A DNA stretch of 64,000 bases, taken from assembly GCA_044222185.1 (NCBI GenBank), contig JBGANV010000001.1:1120001-1184000 (forward strand). The letters run 5' to 3'. The position numbers were made by a program, and so were the translations under genes. The notes under the pieces were generated by a model. It made no database searches. It was not told where the DNA came from and worked only from the letters and a program-made list of their open reading frames with translations. Source of the DNA: Planctomycetota bacterium. Its GTDB lineage: Bacteria > Planctomycetota > GCA-002687715 > CAIWVZ01. Below are positions 8,647 to 18,549 of this stretch, piece by piece; position 1 is the stretch's first letter; each line of letters opens with the position of its first letter.

Positions 8647-9654
8647 TCACACGAGGTCGAAATCCGCGAGCGTGTAGTACCAATGACGCCGCAGGTACTC
8701 GGGCTCGAACTTCTGGTGGTATGGCCGCGCCGTCATCACGTAGGGCGTCGGCTCGGCCTCGAACCCCCAATCCTGGAACTGCGCGAACCAGGGGCTGGAC
8801 GTCGGGCAGATGAACGCGAGTTCTCGATGCCCGTCCTGCGCCGCGCGCTCGGCGGCCCAACGCAACAGAGATTGCCCCGCGGTCGTGTCACACGGATCGA
8901 GCATCCAGTCGACGATCACACCGTAGGGCCGCGCTGCGATCTTCGCGTTGCGATAAACGACGTAACCGCGGACTGCGCCCCCCTCACCCGGCCGCGAGAT
9001 CGCCATGCGATACGGGTTGCCGGGTGCATCGGTGAACCGCCAGTTCAGGAATCGAGAATCCCGGACCGCCATGCATCCGAAGATCGAGGCTTGCCGCTCG
9101 AAGCACTCGTCCATCTCGGATGGAAACGACGTGACGGGAATGGCGTGCATCGCCGGCGCCCATTCCGGGAGCCGCGCGCCGTCGCGACAAACCAGCATCA
9201 TCTGCGACCGCAGCATCCAGTAGTCGAGGTAGCGGACGCCGACGCGGTAGTGGTCGGGTACGGGCAGGCCGTACATGACGACGTCCTCGTGACTCCCGCC
9301 GAACGTCGACGCGTACGCCTGCGCGAGCCGCACGAAGAGCCCCGGGTTCCTCAGGCCACGTCGGATCGTCGGATCCGAGTAGGCGTCGCAGTTCTGACCG
9401 AAGCGATACTCGCGCCCGTCGGCACGAACACGGAGGGGAACGCCGCCGTAATGTGCCACGACGCGACCGTCCGGGTCCTCGACGACGAGCGTGTGACTAC
9501 CCGCGGGGTTCCGAGCGTATTTCCACCGCCACCACTGGGCGTCGCGCGGCTGGAACTCGGGGTCCGCTGGACCGAAGACCTTGTTGAAGAGGTCCGCGAT
9601 CGCGGTCTCGTCGCCGGATTCGTAGCGGCGGATGACGTAGCCGGTGCCTTTCAT
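8647..9654 (-). CDS. GNAT family N-acyltransferase (tandem GNAT fold)
   Basis: YVIRRYESGDE, WWRWKYARNPAG, GRVVAHYGG, RDSRFLNWRF, C-terminal WYYTLADFD. Confidence 0.8.
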   Translation of the reverse strand: MKGTGYVIRRYESGDETAIADLFNKVFGPADPEFQPRDAQWWRWKYARNPAGSHTLVVEDPDGRVVAHYGGVPLRVRADGREYRFGQNCDAYSDPTIRRGLRNPGLFVRLAQAYASTFGGSHEDVVMYGLPVPDHYRVGVRYLDYWMLRSQMMLVCRDGARLPEWAPAMHAIPVTSFPSEMDECFERQASIFGCMAVRDSRFLNWRFTDAPGNPYRMAISRPGEGGAVRGYVVYRNAKIAARPYGVIVDWMLDPCDTTAGQSLLRWAAERAAQDGHRELAFICPTSSPWFAQFQDWGFEAEPTPYVMTARPYHQKFEPEYLRRHWYYTLADFDLV

Positions 9655-9661
9655 GGGCCGG

Positions 9662-9690
9662 ACTCTCGCCCGCGGCGCCGCTCCTGTCAA
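9662..9690 (-). promoter_or_regulatory. Putative sigma70 promoter, leaderless, for the GNAT pair
   Basis: Minus strand TTGACA-N17-GAGAGT-7 nt-ATG (9654). Confidence 0.55.
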
Positions 9691-10685
9691 CCGGTTCGTA
9701 CGCCCGGCTGGCTCCGAGCGAGATCCACGGCCTGCCTCGCGACGCGGACCCCCTCGTCGACGGCGGCCTCGATGATCCGCGAGTCCTGCTCGAGCGAGCG
9801 AATGAGTCGCGCAGGCGGAGCGATGACCGTGATGTTCACGCCGGTCGGCGGATGGTCGAGGATCCCGAGCGCGACCTTGCGCGCGTGCCGGCCTGCGCGA
9901 ACGGCGAGGGCTACGCTGGAATGCAGGCCCCGCCGCCCCGCCAGCGTGTAGAGCAGGAGCGTTTCGTACCAGGCCGGCCCTTTCGGGGGCGGCAGCGTGA
10001 GGATCACGACGAGGTCCGTGAATCCGCCGGCGATCGCCTCGACGACGGGAAGCGGCGCGCCACAGGCCCCGTCGATGTACATCCCATGTTTGAGGTCGTA
10101 GGCGTTGGCGAGAACCGGAACGGACGCCGCCGCGAGCAGGCTCGGCAGCATGTCGTCGCGCGGCAACGTGCGAACGTCGACGAACTTGGTCGTCAAGTCG
10201 TAGGCGTGAGTGATCGGAAAGTAGATCGGTGCATGAAACCCGGCGACCGCGTTGAGATCGATGGGCCGCGCGCGCGTCATGGCGACCTCCACCGCATGGA
10301 GGTTGATCACCGGGCGTCCCGCCGCCAGTCGCGCCATGAGGTGCGGCGCGTTGCGGTAGAGGAAGAACGGCGGCTCCTTCGCCCTCGACAGCTCGTCGAT
10401 GTAGACCCGCGTCCCCTGACGCGTCCGCTGCGAAACCCAGTACATGAAGTTCAGCGCCCCCGCGCTCGTCCCGTACAGCGCGTCGAACGCGTCGACCGGA
10501 ACGCCAGCCTCCCAGAGCCCGGCCTGAACGCCGGCGCCGAACGCCCCGCGCATGCCGCCGCCTTCCTGAAGGAGTGCCACGCGCCGACCTCCGCGCTCGG
10601 ACCTCGGCGTCAGGGCGCAGGCGAGCGCCGCGGACATGCCGCGTGCGGGAACGACGAGCTCGTTGCGGACGGAAACGGGAGGCAT
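9687..10685 (-). CDS. Patatin-like phospholipase
   Basis: EGGGMRG oxyanion loop, GTSAG nucleophile elbow, YIDGA catalytic Asp. Start uncertain (10637-10754). Confidence 0.85.
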   Translation of the reverse strand: MPPVSVRNELVVPARGMSAALACALTPRSERGGRRVALLQEGGGMRGAFGAGVQAGLWEAGVPVDAFDALYGTSAGALNFMYWVSQRTRQGTRVYIDELSRAKEPPFFLYRNAPHLMARLAAGRPVINLHAVEVAMTRARPIDLNAVAGFHAPIYFPITHAYDLTTKFVDVRTLPRDDMLPSLLAAASVPVLANAYDLKHGMYIDGACGAPLPVVEAIAGGFTDLVVILTLPPPKGPAWYETLLLYTLAGRRGLHSSVALAVRAGRHARKVALGILDHPPTGVNITVIAPPARLIRSLEQDSRIIEAAVDEGVRVARQAVDLARSQPGVRTG

Positions 10686-10806
10686 GACTGGCGGACCGAG
10701 CGAGGCCGAGGCACGGATCGCCCGTGCTGTATCGGCACGCCGAGCGGGCATCATGACACAGAACCGGCCTCGTGTCTGCGCCGCGGTGCTCGGCGTGTGC
10801 GCGCGG

Positions 10807-11709
10807 TCAAGAACGAATCGGCCGGGGCGTGATAGCCGCAGGCCCCGCGAAGGCACCCGGGGCGATTCGTTCAAACGCGGCGGACGGACGACAGACGAAG
10901 CGCAGCTTCCGGCCCGTGATCGGATGCTGGAAGCCCAGGATCCACGCGTGCAGCATGAGTCGCTTCGACGGTGCCCCGTCGTACAACTCGTCTCCCAGGA
11001 TCGGATGACCGGCTTCCGAAAGATGCACCCGCACCTGATGTTTCCGTCCCGTCTCGAGCCGGACCTCGAGCGCGGACACCCTCGGTCCCGAGTGTCGCAC
11101 GAACCACCGCGTGAGGGCGTCCTCCGATCGGTCGCGGAGCATGCGAGGATCCCCGCGCCGAAGCGAGCGGACGTGGTGCCGAGCATCGTCGAGCTCGACC
11201 AGCCGTCCTGCGCACTCCCCGCTCGGCGCGTCCATCTGCCCGGAGACGATGGCAGCGTAGTGACGGTCGATCGCATGGGTCGCGAACGCCGCCTTCAGGC
11301 CTTCGCGTGCCGCGTCCGTTCTCGCGAACACGAGCAGCCCGGACGCCTCCTTGTCGAGGCGGTGAACGAGGTGGACGTCCGAATCCGTCCCGCGCTCACG
11401 GAGCGCGTGGCGCAGCTCGGACCACGCCGAGCGTTGCGCGCTCGACCGCTCCGACACGCTGATCAAGCCAGGCGGCTTGTCCACGACGATGATGTCGTCG
11501 TCGATGTGGACGATCGGAATGGCGTCGTCCGCGGTTGCCCGAGCCTCCTTGGGACGGATCTCGATTCGCGCCGAATCCGCCACGAGCTCGGCGCCACCGC
11601 GGACCGCCGTGCCGTCGACAACGACGCGATCGTGGTCGAGAAGCTGTTTCAGCGTGCGCTTCGATGCCGTGGGCATCAGGAGCTTCAGTCGTTCCATCAG
11701 GGGCCGCAT
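10807..11709 (-). CDS. RluA/RluD-family pseudouridine synthase
   Basis: S4-like N-terminus, VVDKPPGL, VHRLDKEASG with catalytic Asp, LETGRKHQVRVHL, PILGDELY, LHAW. Confidence 0.92.
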   Translation of the reverse strand: MRPLMERLKLLMPTASKRTLKQLLDHDRVVVDGTAVRGGAELVADSARIEIRPKEARATADDAIPIVHIDDDIIVVDKPPGLISVSERSSAQRSAWSELRHALRERGTDSDVHLVHRLDKEASGLLVFARTDAAREGLKAAFATHAIDRHYAAIVSGQMDAPSGECAGRLVELDDARHHVRSLRRGDPRMLRDRSEDALTRWFVRHSGPRVSALEVRLETGRKHQVRVHLSEAGHPILGDELYDGAPSKRLMLHAWILGFQHPITGRKLRFVCRPSAAFERIAPGAFAGPAAITPRPIRS

Positions 11710-11828
11710 GGTCCGGGCATCTAACACCTGGATGGCCGCCCCAGAACGAATTCGCCTCGTGCCCCGCGGCGGAATCGGGCCCGTGGGGTCGCGACCTCGC
11801 GACGATGGCGCTGATACGATCCGCCGCC

Positions 11829-13637
11829 ATGCCGTCGCCCAAAGCCCCCGAACGCACGCGCAGTGCACGCGAGCTCCTGCGCGCCCTGCGACCGTACACG
11901 CGGCCGCAGCGGCGCTACGTGGGCCTCATCCTGGCGATCCTCCTCGCAGGACTCCCACTCGCCTGGGCGACTCCGTTCCTCGTACAGCGCGTGTTCGACG
12001 ACGCCGTCGCCAACCGGGATCTGGGCGAACTCTGGCGCCTGGCGTTGGGCCTCGGCCTTCTGACGTTCGCGGCGGCGCTGCTTTCCCTCGCTCGCGGGGC
12101 GTGCACGACGCTGTTCCAGAACAAGACGATTCACCGATTGCGGTTGCACCTGTTCCGGGTCAACCAATCGCTCGGCCTCTCGTTCACGCAGGGTCGCGAG
12201 ACCGGCGAGACGATGTCCCGACTCTCCGACGACGCGGCAAACCTGGGCGGCGTCATGGCGGATACCTTCGCGTCGGCCGTCACCGCCACCGTCCAGCTTC
12301 TGGTCGTCGCGGCGATCCTCGTCGTGCGTGAATGGCGGCTTGCGCTGGCGGCGGTGGCCGGTGCGGCAGGACTTCTCGGGATCCAGGCGCTGTTCGTGAA
12401 ACCCCTGAGGCGCCGCAGCACCGACGTTCGCGAACGGGCCGCCGAGCTGAACGCCGGACTGCATCAGGCGCTATCCGGCCACCAGTTGGTGCGTGCCACC
12501 GCCTCGGAGGGGTTCGAAGCGCATCGTTTCGGAGACCTCCTCGCGAGGTCCGTGCGCACGACGGTCGGGCGGGACTTCTTCGGACTGTGGACCGGCCATC
12601 CCACGGTCGTGCTCGGTGGACTCTTCCCACTGATGTTGCTCGTGCTCGCCGGATACCTGATGGCGAAGGGAGAGCTCACACAGGGCCAGCTCTTCGCTTT
12701 CTTCATCCTCCTCGGACAGCTCTTCGACGCAGCGGCCACTCTCGGGCGACTGAACCCCGCGTTCCAGACCTCACTCGCGTCGCTCGATCGGATCGTCGAC
12801 CTGCTGGAAGCGCGGAAGCTCCATCGCCAACCCACGGGCACCCACGTCCTCACGAGGATCGACGGCCGCGTGCGCTTCGAAAGCGTGTCGTTCCGCTACA
12901 GGCCGGCGCCGGACGGTGAACTGGTCCTGCGAGACATCTCGCTCGACGTCGCCGCCGGGACGACGGTCGCGCTCGTCGGTCGAAGCGGAGCCGGCAAGAC
13001 GACGCTGCTCTCCCTGATCCCGCGGTTCTTCGAACCCACGTCGGGAGAGATCTTCGTGGACGACGTCCCCCTGCGCGAAATCGAGGTCCGGTCGCTGCGA
13101 GCGCGGATGGGGCTGGTGCCGCAGGACGTCTTCCTGTTCGACCGCACGATCGCGGAGAACATCCGGTACGGATCGCCCGCAGCGACGCCGGCAGACGTCC
13201 GCGCCGCGGCGGAGGCCGCATGCTGCCTCGACTTCGTCGAAGCGCTGCCGAAGGGATTCGAGACCCGCGTCGGCGAGAGAGGCGTGACGCTCTCCGGCGG
13301 ACAACGACAACGCCTCGCCATCGCCCGCGAAATCCTGCGCGACCCACGCATCATCATCCTCGACGAGGCGACCTCGTCGCTGGATTCCCAAACGGAGCGC
13401 GCCGTCCACACGGCGTTGAGACGGCTGCTCGAAGGACGAACGGCCTTCCTCATCGCCCACCGACTGTCCACCGTCCGGGACGCCGACCTCATCCTCGTGA
13501 TCGACGAAGGCCAGATCGTCGCCCGCGGGACGTACACCGAACTGTTGGCCACGAGCCCCGAGTTCCGGAGGCTCGCACTTCTCCAGGACCTCTCCGCACC
13601 CGAACGAGCCACAGGACCATGGACACCGGCATCCTGA
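11829..13637 (+). CDS. ABC exporter, fused TMD-NBD (MsbA/Sav1866 type)
   Basis: Multiple TM helices, Walker A GRSGAGKT, LSGGQRQR signature, ILDEATSSLD, IAHRLST. Preceded by TGaTACGAT-8 nt-ATG. Confidence 0.93.
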   Translation: MPSPKAPERTRSARELLRALRPYTRPQRRYVGLILAILLAGLPLAWATPFLVQRVFDDAVANRDLGELWRLALGLGLLTFAAALLSLARGACTTLFQNKTIHRLRLHLFRVNQSLGLSFTQGRETGETMSRLSDDAANLGGVMADTFASAVTATVQLLVVAAILVVREWRLALAAVAGAAGLLGIQALFVKPLRRRSTDVRERAAELNAGLHQALSGHQLVRATASEGFEAHRFGDLLARSVRTTVGRDFFGLWTGHPTVVLGGLFPLMLLVLAGYLMAKGELTQGQLFAFFILLGQLFDAAATLGRLNPAFQTSLASLDRIVDLLEARKLHRQPTGTHVLTRIDGRVRFESVSFRYRPAPDGELVLRDISLDVAAGTTVALVGRSGAGKTTLLSLIPRFFEPTSGEIFVDDVPLREIEVRSLRARMGLVPQDVFLFDRTIAENIRYGSPAATPADVRAAAEAACCLDFVEALPKGFETRVGERGVTLSGGQRQRLAIAREILRDPRIIILDEATSSLDSQTERAVHTALRRLLEGRTAFLIAHRLSTVRDADLILVIDEGQIVARGTYTELLATSPEFRRLALLQDLSAPERATGPWTPAS

Positions 13638-14983
13638 CGTTCCTCCCGCCGGGCTGGCGGAGCGACGTGACGCGTCGAAACGACCTGTTTGCGCTGGAAG
13701 AGCGGCTCCGCTTCACGCTTTCGGGCTGGCAGCTCGCACCTGCGCTTGGTGGCGAGCCGTTCCACCCGGATGAACACTTCGTCGACTCCATCTCCGCCGC
13801 GCGACTGCAGCTTCACCACCTCCTCGAGCGCGACGTCCGGGTCATCGTCCTCTTCTTTCCCCAAACCGGCGGTGGGCGTGCGGCGACCGCACTGGTTCGC
13901 TACCTGGACGCCATCGTGAGCCCGCCGCTCCCCGTCGTACTCCTGGGATTCGACGGCCTGGACGGCGGCTCGGGCGAGGCGGCCTGCGTTTCTGCCGAGC
14001 TGCGGCTCGTTCATCGGCGCCATTCCGTCCACGTTGCCACGGTGCAGGAGTCCGATCGTGCGTTCGGCGCGTTCGGCGACGATGTGGAGGTCCTGCGGGA
14101 CGAGGCTCGCAAATTCGAAGTGCGAATGGCGTTCCGCGACGACCTGCGTCGCCATCACCACCTGAGGATCGCCCCGTCGGATCAGGTCCCCCTCCATTGG
14201 CAGATCCCCCGTGCCGATGCGCACGAGAAGGTGGGAATCTCGGTGACCTCGGTCGACGCCGCCGAGTTCCACCGTCGTGTGCGGGAGATCCTTCGCGCCG
14301 ACGGACGACCCATCGATCCGCGCCTGCTGCGCGCCATCGCGATCGATTGCCACCCGACGGAGCCGGCCCATCGGGCCGCTGTGCTCGTCGCCCGCGACCT
14401 GGCGGATGAATGTCATGCGCAGAGCGTGGCCCTCGGGCCCCAACTCGGATCACGGCTGTCTGGAGCGCGGATCGCCACGGGGATCAGCCAGCTCACCGGC
14501 CCGGACGGAACCGCATGGCCGTCGATCGCGGCAGTCGCCGATGGTGACGACGCGGGTGCTCTCACGCAGGCGATTCTCCAGCGCGCGTTGCCCGAACCGA
14601 CGCTGCGCGCGCCCTCGCGCTTCAACGACCCTGGACAACTCCGGCCGGCTCGCGCAGCCGCGACGCTCACGATCCGACACTTCGCCGACGGTGAGATGAT
14701 CCTGGATGGTGCTCCCTGGCAGGTCCCCGACGGCGCGACGTCGAATTCGTTGACGTGCGCGCGGGTCGTCTTCGCCCCCGAAGGTCCACGCCTCTTTCAC
14801 CTCCAGGCAGCGCCGCTATCTCCGGGGCCGATCGACGGAACGTGGCGCCTGTGCGTGAAGCATTCACGTGCGGCGTTGCTCCGAGCCTGGCCATCCGATC
14901 GCATCACGCTGATCGCGGGTGACTGCGCCGCACGCGTCGCCGAGCTCGCACGATCGTGCGGCCTCAGCGCCCATTCACCGTGA
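13619..14983 (+). CDS. Hypothetical protein with remote L-fucose/L-arabinose isomerase-family resemblance
   Basis: ADGDDAGALTQAIL and the C-terminal WPSDRITLIAGDCAARVAELARSCG recall isomerase segments, but with altered metal ligands. Overlaps the ABC gene end. Confidence 0.5.
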   Translation: MDTGILTFLPPGWRSDVTRRNDLFALEERLRFTLSGWQLAPALGGEPFHPDEHFVDSISAARLQLHHLLERDVRVIVLFFPQTGGGRAATALVRYLDAIVSPPLPVVLLGFDGLDGGSGEAACVSAELRLVHRRHSVHVATVQESDRAFGAFGDDVEVLRDEARKFEVRMAFRDDLRRHHHLRIAPSDQVPLHWQIPRADAHEKVGISVTSVDAAEFHRRVREILRADGRPIDPRLLRAIAIDCHPTEPAHRAAVLVARDLADECHAQSVALGPQLGSRLSGARIATGISQLTGPDGTAWPSIAAVADGDDAGALTQAILQRALPEPTLRAPSRFNDPGQLRPARAAATLTIRHFADGEMILDGAPWQVPDGATSNSLTCARVVFAPEGPRLFHLQAAPLSPGPIDGTWRLCVKHSRAALLRAWPSDRITLIAGDCAARVAELARSCGLSAHSP

Positions 14984-17096
14984 TGCGAAGGATCATCGAG
15001 GCGCCGGCTGCCATGGGGACGTGAGCCACCCCGCGATCCAGTGGCAGGTCACCCCCGCTCGGGAGGGCCCGAAGCCCCAATCCGGCAGGCACACAGACGT
15101 CGCGAACGCCGGCGGCTCGGGCCGTGATCGCGAGGATCGCGCCATTGACGGAGCACCAATCTCCGCTCGCCATCCAAACGTGAACGCCCGCGTCCCGGGC
15201 GAGTCGCCGAAGAACGTGCGCAGGGACCACGGCGTCTGCCGAATAGCTGACCTGCCTTCCGCTCACGTGCCCGCGGAACAACGCGGGCTCCGCCGTGGCC
15301 GCGTGCACGCCGAGGACGTCCACCTCCTCCGGGCGCGCGCTCACGAGCCATGGCTGCCAGAACCGGCGACCGAAGCCCGATGGCTCACCAGCGACGAGTA
15401 GATCGGGGGCGGTCAACCGCACCTCCACGGGACTCGCTCGCGAGATCGCCGTCGCGGGCAGTCCCGTGACCTGCGCCACGCCGGGCCCCTCGCCCGCCGA
15501 CGTCGGCGCCAGCCCCACGGCACCGATGAACAACGCGCCCTTTGCGCCGCGAACCAGCCGGCGCACGCGCTCCAGCGTCCGCGCCTCGACCCGAAAGAGG
15601 TTCGGAAACACGAGCCACGTGTATCCGTGGGACTCATCGAGTTCGTCGAGCAGCACGGCTTCGTGCGACACGCCGGCGCGACTCAACTCGGTCATCTGCC
15701 TCGGGATCACGTCGGCATACCGGTCGGACCAATAGTCGGTGACGGCCAGCGAGTCCTCGTCGATGACGAATGCCACGTCGACCCGCGGCGGAGCCGACCA
15801 GGGCTCGCGCGCGCAACTCACCACCTCCGTGACCGCAGCCAGCGTCGCCGGGTCGTCGTAGAACGAGCCCGTCATGTCGAACCACCAGAAGCCCATGCCA
15901 TTGGCGAGCGCCAGGCCTGCTTCGCGGACCTGCGCCGACGCCGTCAGCGAAGGTGTCTCCGTCCAGCCGTACCCGGCGTTGTCGAAGAGGAGGTGCGTTC
16001 GCACGTCATTTTCGTGGAACGCGGCCTTGCCGGCGCGCCTCAACGACCCCAGCGGCATCATCGTCTGGGCGGCCCCGCGCCGCAGATCGCGATTGGTGTA
16101 GGAGCCCGGACTCGCGAGGAAGTCGACGCGGGGATCGGCGAGGAGCTGGCTCAACCCCAGGTGTCCGCCGTGAAACACCCCCTCGCCGTGGAAGGGCATC
16201 TCGATGAGGTAGCCGAAGAAGGCCCCGGCGAACCAACGCCCACCCGACTCCTCGCCGATGACGCCGCAGAGGTCTCCGATGAACGTTGCGGCCTCGTCTG
16301 CGAGGAACGCGTCGAAGTCGAGCACCCAGGCCTGCGCCCTGGGATCGCGGAAACGCGCGACGCTCGGCCGGCGGCGAAGTTGTTTCGGGGGGATTTCGAT
16401 CCGGTCAGGGTCGACGGGCACGCCCCAGCGTTCCGCCAACGCATTGGGTCCCGGGTACCTCGACAGGGCCCAATCGGCGAACGCCACACGCGCCGGCTCG
16501 CTGTAATCCGGGAGCCAACCCTCCATCGTTCCGACCTGGAACCACTCCTCGGTGTTGCCGGACGCGACGAGGATTCCGCCGACGTTCTCGCCGTAGTCCT
16601 GCCGCGCCACGTGTCGGGCGAAGTGCCGGAGGTTCTCGGCCGCCGCAGCTCGCCAGGCTCGAGAGCTCCACGAAACGCAGGTCGACTTGGAGTAGCCGTG
16701 GAGAAACGGATCCTCCGGGCGTCGGTCCGCGAACGTCACGAGTTCCTGCGGATGTTCAGCGTCCCACCACGGCGGCGAACACAGATGTACCCGCGGAATC
16801 AGGCACGCATCGGGCGCGCCCGCCAGGGCCGCCCGAGCCCGGCGATCCAGCTCCGCGTAGTCGTAGGTTCCTGGAGCCGTCCAGACCGGCTGTGCGAGAC
16901 GGTAGGGATGGAAGTCGGCGGTTGCCGTGAATGAAACCCCGACGACTCCGGCCTCACGGAACCTGCGGACCGCCTCCGCGTCGGGGTCGGGCGTGCAGTA
17001 GAAGAGCGGGGGTTCCCGCCGCCCGCGCCATTCGATCCACCATCGGCCTCCGTCGCTTCGGAGGGCGTGCGACGGGCGGACCGGCTTCGGTGCCAT
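14964..17096 (-). CDS. Glycoside hydrolase, GH42-like beta-galactosidase clan (TIM barrel plus trimerisation-like domain)
   Basis: W..PGTYDYAELD, PPWWDAEHPQEL, SWSSRAW, GNTEEW, DYSEPARVAF.W, VDFLASPGSY, HEND, WWFDM; no signal peptide. Confidence 0.7.
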   Translation of the reverse strand: MAPKPVRPSHALRSDGGRWWIEWRGRREPPLFYCTPDPDAEAVRRFREAGVVGVSFTATADFHPYRLAQPVWTAPGTYDYAELDRRARAALAGAPDACLIPRVHLCSPPWWDAEHPQELVTFADRRPEDPFLHGYSKSTCVSWSSRAWRAAAAENLRHFARHVARQDYGENVGGILVASGNTEEWFQVGTMEGWLPDYSEPARVAFADWALSRYPGPNALAERWGVPVDPDRIEIPPKQLRRRPSVARFRDPRAQAWVLDFDAFLADEAATFIGDLCGVIGEESGGRWFAGAFFGYLIEMPFHGEGVFHGGHLGLSQLLADPRVDFLASPGSYTNRDLRRGAAQTMMPLGSLRRAGKAAFHENDVRTHLLFDNAGYGWTETPSLTASAQVREAGLALANGMGFWWFDMTGSFYDDPATLAAVTEVVSCAREPWSAPPRVDVAFVIDEDSLAVTDYWSDRYADVIPRQMTELSRAGVSHEAVLLDELDESHGYTWLVFPNLFRVEARTLERVRRLVRGAKGALFIGAVGLAPTSAGEGPGVAQVTGLPATAISRASPVEVRLTAPDLLVAGEPSGFGRRFWQPWLVSARPEEVDVLGVHAATAEPALFRGHVSGRQVSYSADAVVPAHVLRRLARDAGVHVWMASGDWCSVNGAILAITARAAGVRDVCVPAGLGLRALPSGGDLPLDRGVAHVPMAAGASMILRITVNGR

Positions 17097-17105
17097 CGGT
17101 CGAGC

Positions 17106-18548
17106 TCAGTCGCGGACGAACCGCCTGGCGAAATCCATCGGATCGACACCCGAGTCGTTCATGACCTGGAAGACGGCGAGGTTGGCCTGGTGCCGTGAGG
17201 TTCGCAGCGTCGCCTCCTGTTCAGCGACGAGGGCCTCGCCCTCGAGGACCTCGCGCCCCGTCGCCACCCCGGCACGCAGCTGTTCCTCGAGAATCCGGAG
17301 GTTCTCGCGGGCCGAACCCACGGACGTGGTTGCTGCCGCGAGCGCCGATTGCTTCTCGACGGCCCTTCGGAAGTTGTCCAGGATGCGCTGCTCGAGCTGG
17401 CGAAGCGTCGCCGTCACGGCCCAGGCGCTCTCGACGATCTGGGCTTCGAGCCCCGCCGAACGCGCCTCGATGCGACCGCTCAAGTCCGGATTCCAGTTCA
17501 ACGAGAGGAAGCCTGCGATGTTCGTGTTCGGCTGACTCAACGAGTCGCTCGTGAACGTCAGTTGAGGGCCGACGCTCAACTCGGGCCAGTTCGCCCGGCG
17601 GTTCGACTCCAATTCGTGGAGCAGTGCCTGGCGCGTCTCCACGAGGACGTCGACCGACGGGTTGTCGTATCGAGCGCGGTCCAGCAGTTCGATGACGTTC
17701 GTCGGGAGCGCGATCACCTCCTGCCACGGGACGACCTCCGTCGGGTGATCGATGGGCAGGCCGACGGCTGCGTTCAGCGCACGGCGCGACTGAGCCACGG
17801 CGCTGGCGATCTCCTCGCCGCGCTGGCGCGTGTTCGTGAGTGCCACCTCCACGACGAGCACGTCGTTCCGGCGCAGCAACCCGGCGTCGAAACGCGCTTG
17901 GGCATCCGCGAGTTCCCGAGATTGAGCGGCGATGGACGCTCGGTTGACGTCGCCGAGTTCCTGAGCCTGGAGCATCGTGAAATAGGCCTGCGCCACGAGG
18001 AAGCGTTGTTCGCGTCCTGCGGCGGCGAGGCGTTGCTCCGCGCTCCGGTAGCGTGCCTGGGCGGCCCGAACGGACTCCGCGAGCCGACCGCTGACGTCGA
18101 GCGGAATCGAAAGGTCGATCGTGAGATCGACGACGGTCTTGTCCTGATGGAAGAACGCGTTTCCGGGGGCCTTGGCCTTGGACTGGAGGCCTGCACGGAT
18201 CTCGAAGTTGGGGCGCAGCGCCGATCGTGCCTCGTCCACGCCAGCGGAAGCCTGGGCGACCTGGGCGCGAACCGTCTGCAGGTCGATGGATCCACCCTCG
18301 ACGCTCTCGAGCAGTTCGACGAGGGAGACCGGGCGCCCCGGCTCCAAGCGAACCGTCGTCGCCTCGGCTCGGAGCGCGACGAACGCGTCCCGTTCATCCT
18401 TCGATTGAGAAACGCCCCGCTGGCTCTGCATCTCCTCGGAGAGCGTGCACGCACCGAGCGTCGCGACGCCCACGAGCAGCACCGCATAGCCGATCGGTTC
18501 CAAGAGGCGACACATGCGGTGGATCGCTCGTTCGTGGTTGATGGTCAC
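17106..18548 (-). CDS. TolC-family outer membrane efflux lipoprotein
   Basis: Hydrophobic leader with LGAC lipobox; VAQAYF..LQAQ, ARFDAGL, QLRAGVAT..EVL OEP repeats. Start uncertain (18515, 18548 or 18581). Confidence 0.85.
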   Translation of the reverse strand: MTINHERAIHRMCRLLEPIGYAVLLVGVATLGACTLSEEMQSQRGVSQSKDERDAFVALRAEATTVRLEPGRPVSLVELLESVEGGSIDLQTVRAQVAQASAGVDEARSALRPNFEIRAGLQSKAKAPGNAFFHQDKTVVDLTIDLSIPLDVSGRLAESVRAAQARYRSAEQRLAAAGREQRFLVAQAYFTMLQAQELGDVNRASIAAQSRELADAQARFDAGLLRRNDVLVVEVALTNTRQRGEEIASAVAQSRRALNAAVGLPIDHPTEVVPWQEVIALPTNVIELLDRARYDNPSVDVLVETRQALLHELESNRRANWPELSVGPQLTFTSDSLSQPNTNIAGFLSLNWNPDLSGRIEARSAGLEAQIVESAWAVTATLRQLEQRILDNFRRAVEKQSALAAATTSVGSARENLRILEEQLRAGVATGREVLEGEALVAEQEATLRTSRHQANLAVFQVMNDSGVDPMDFARRFVRD

Positions 18549-18549
18549 G

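Noticed and set aside
9687-11276. 529-aa version of the patatin ORF
   Set aside because: The N-terminal part overlaps rluA in another frame and is Arg/Ser-rich junk; the real start is near 10685
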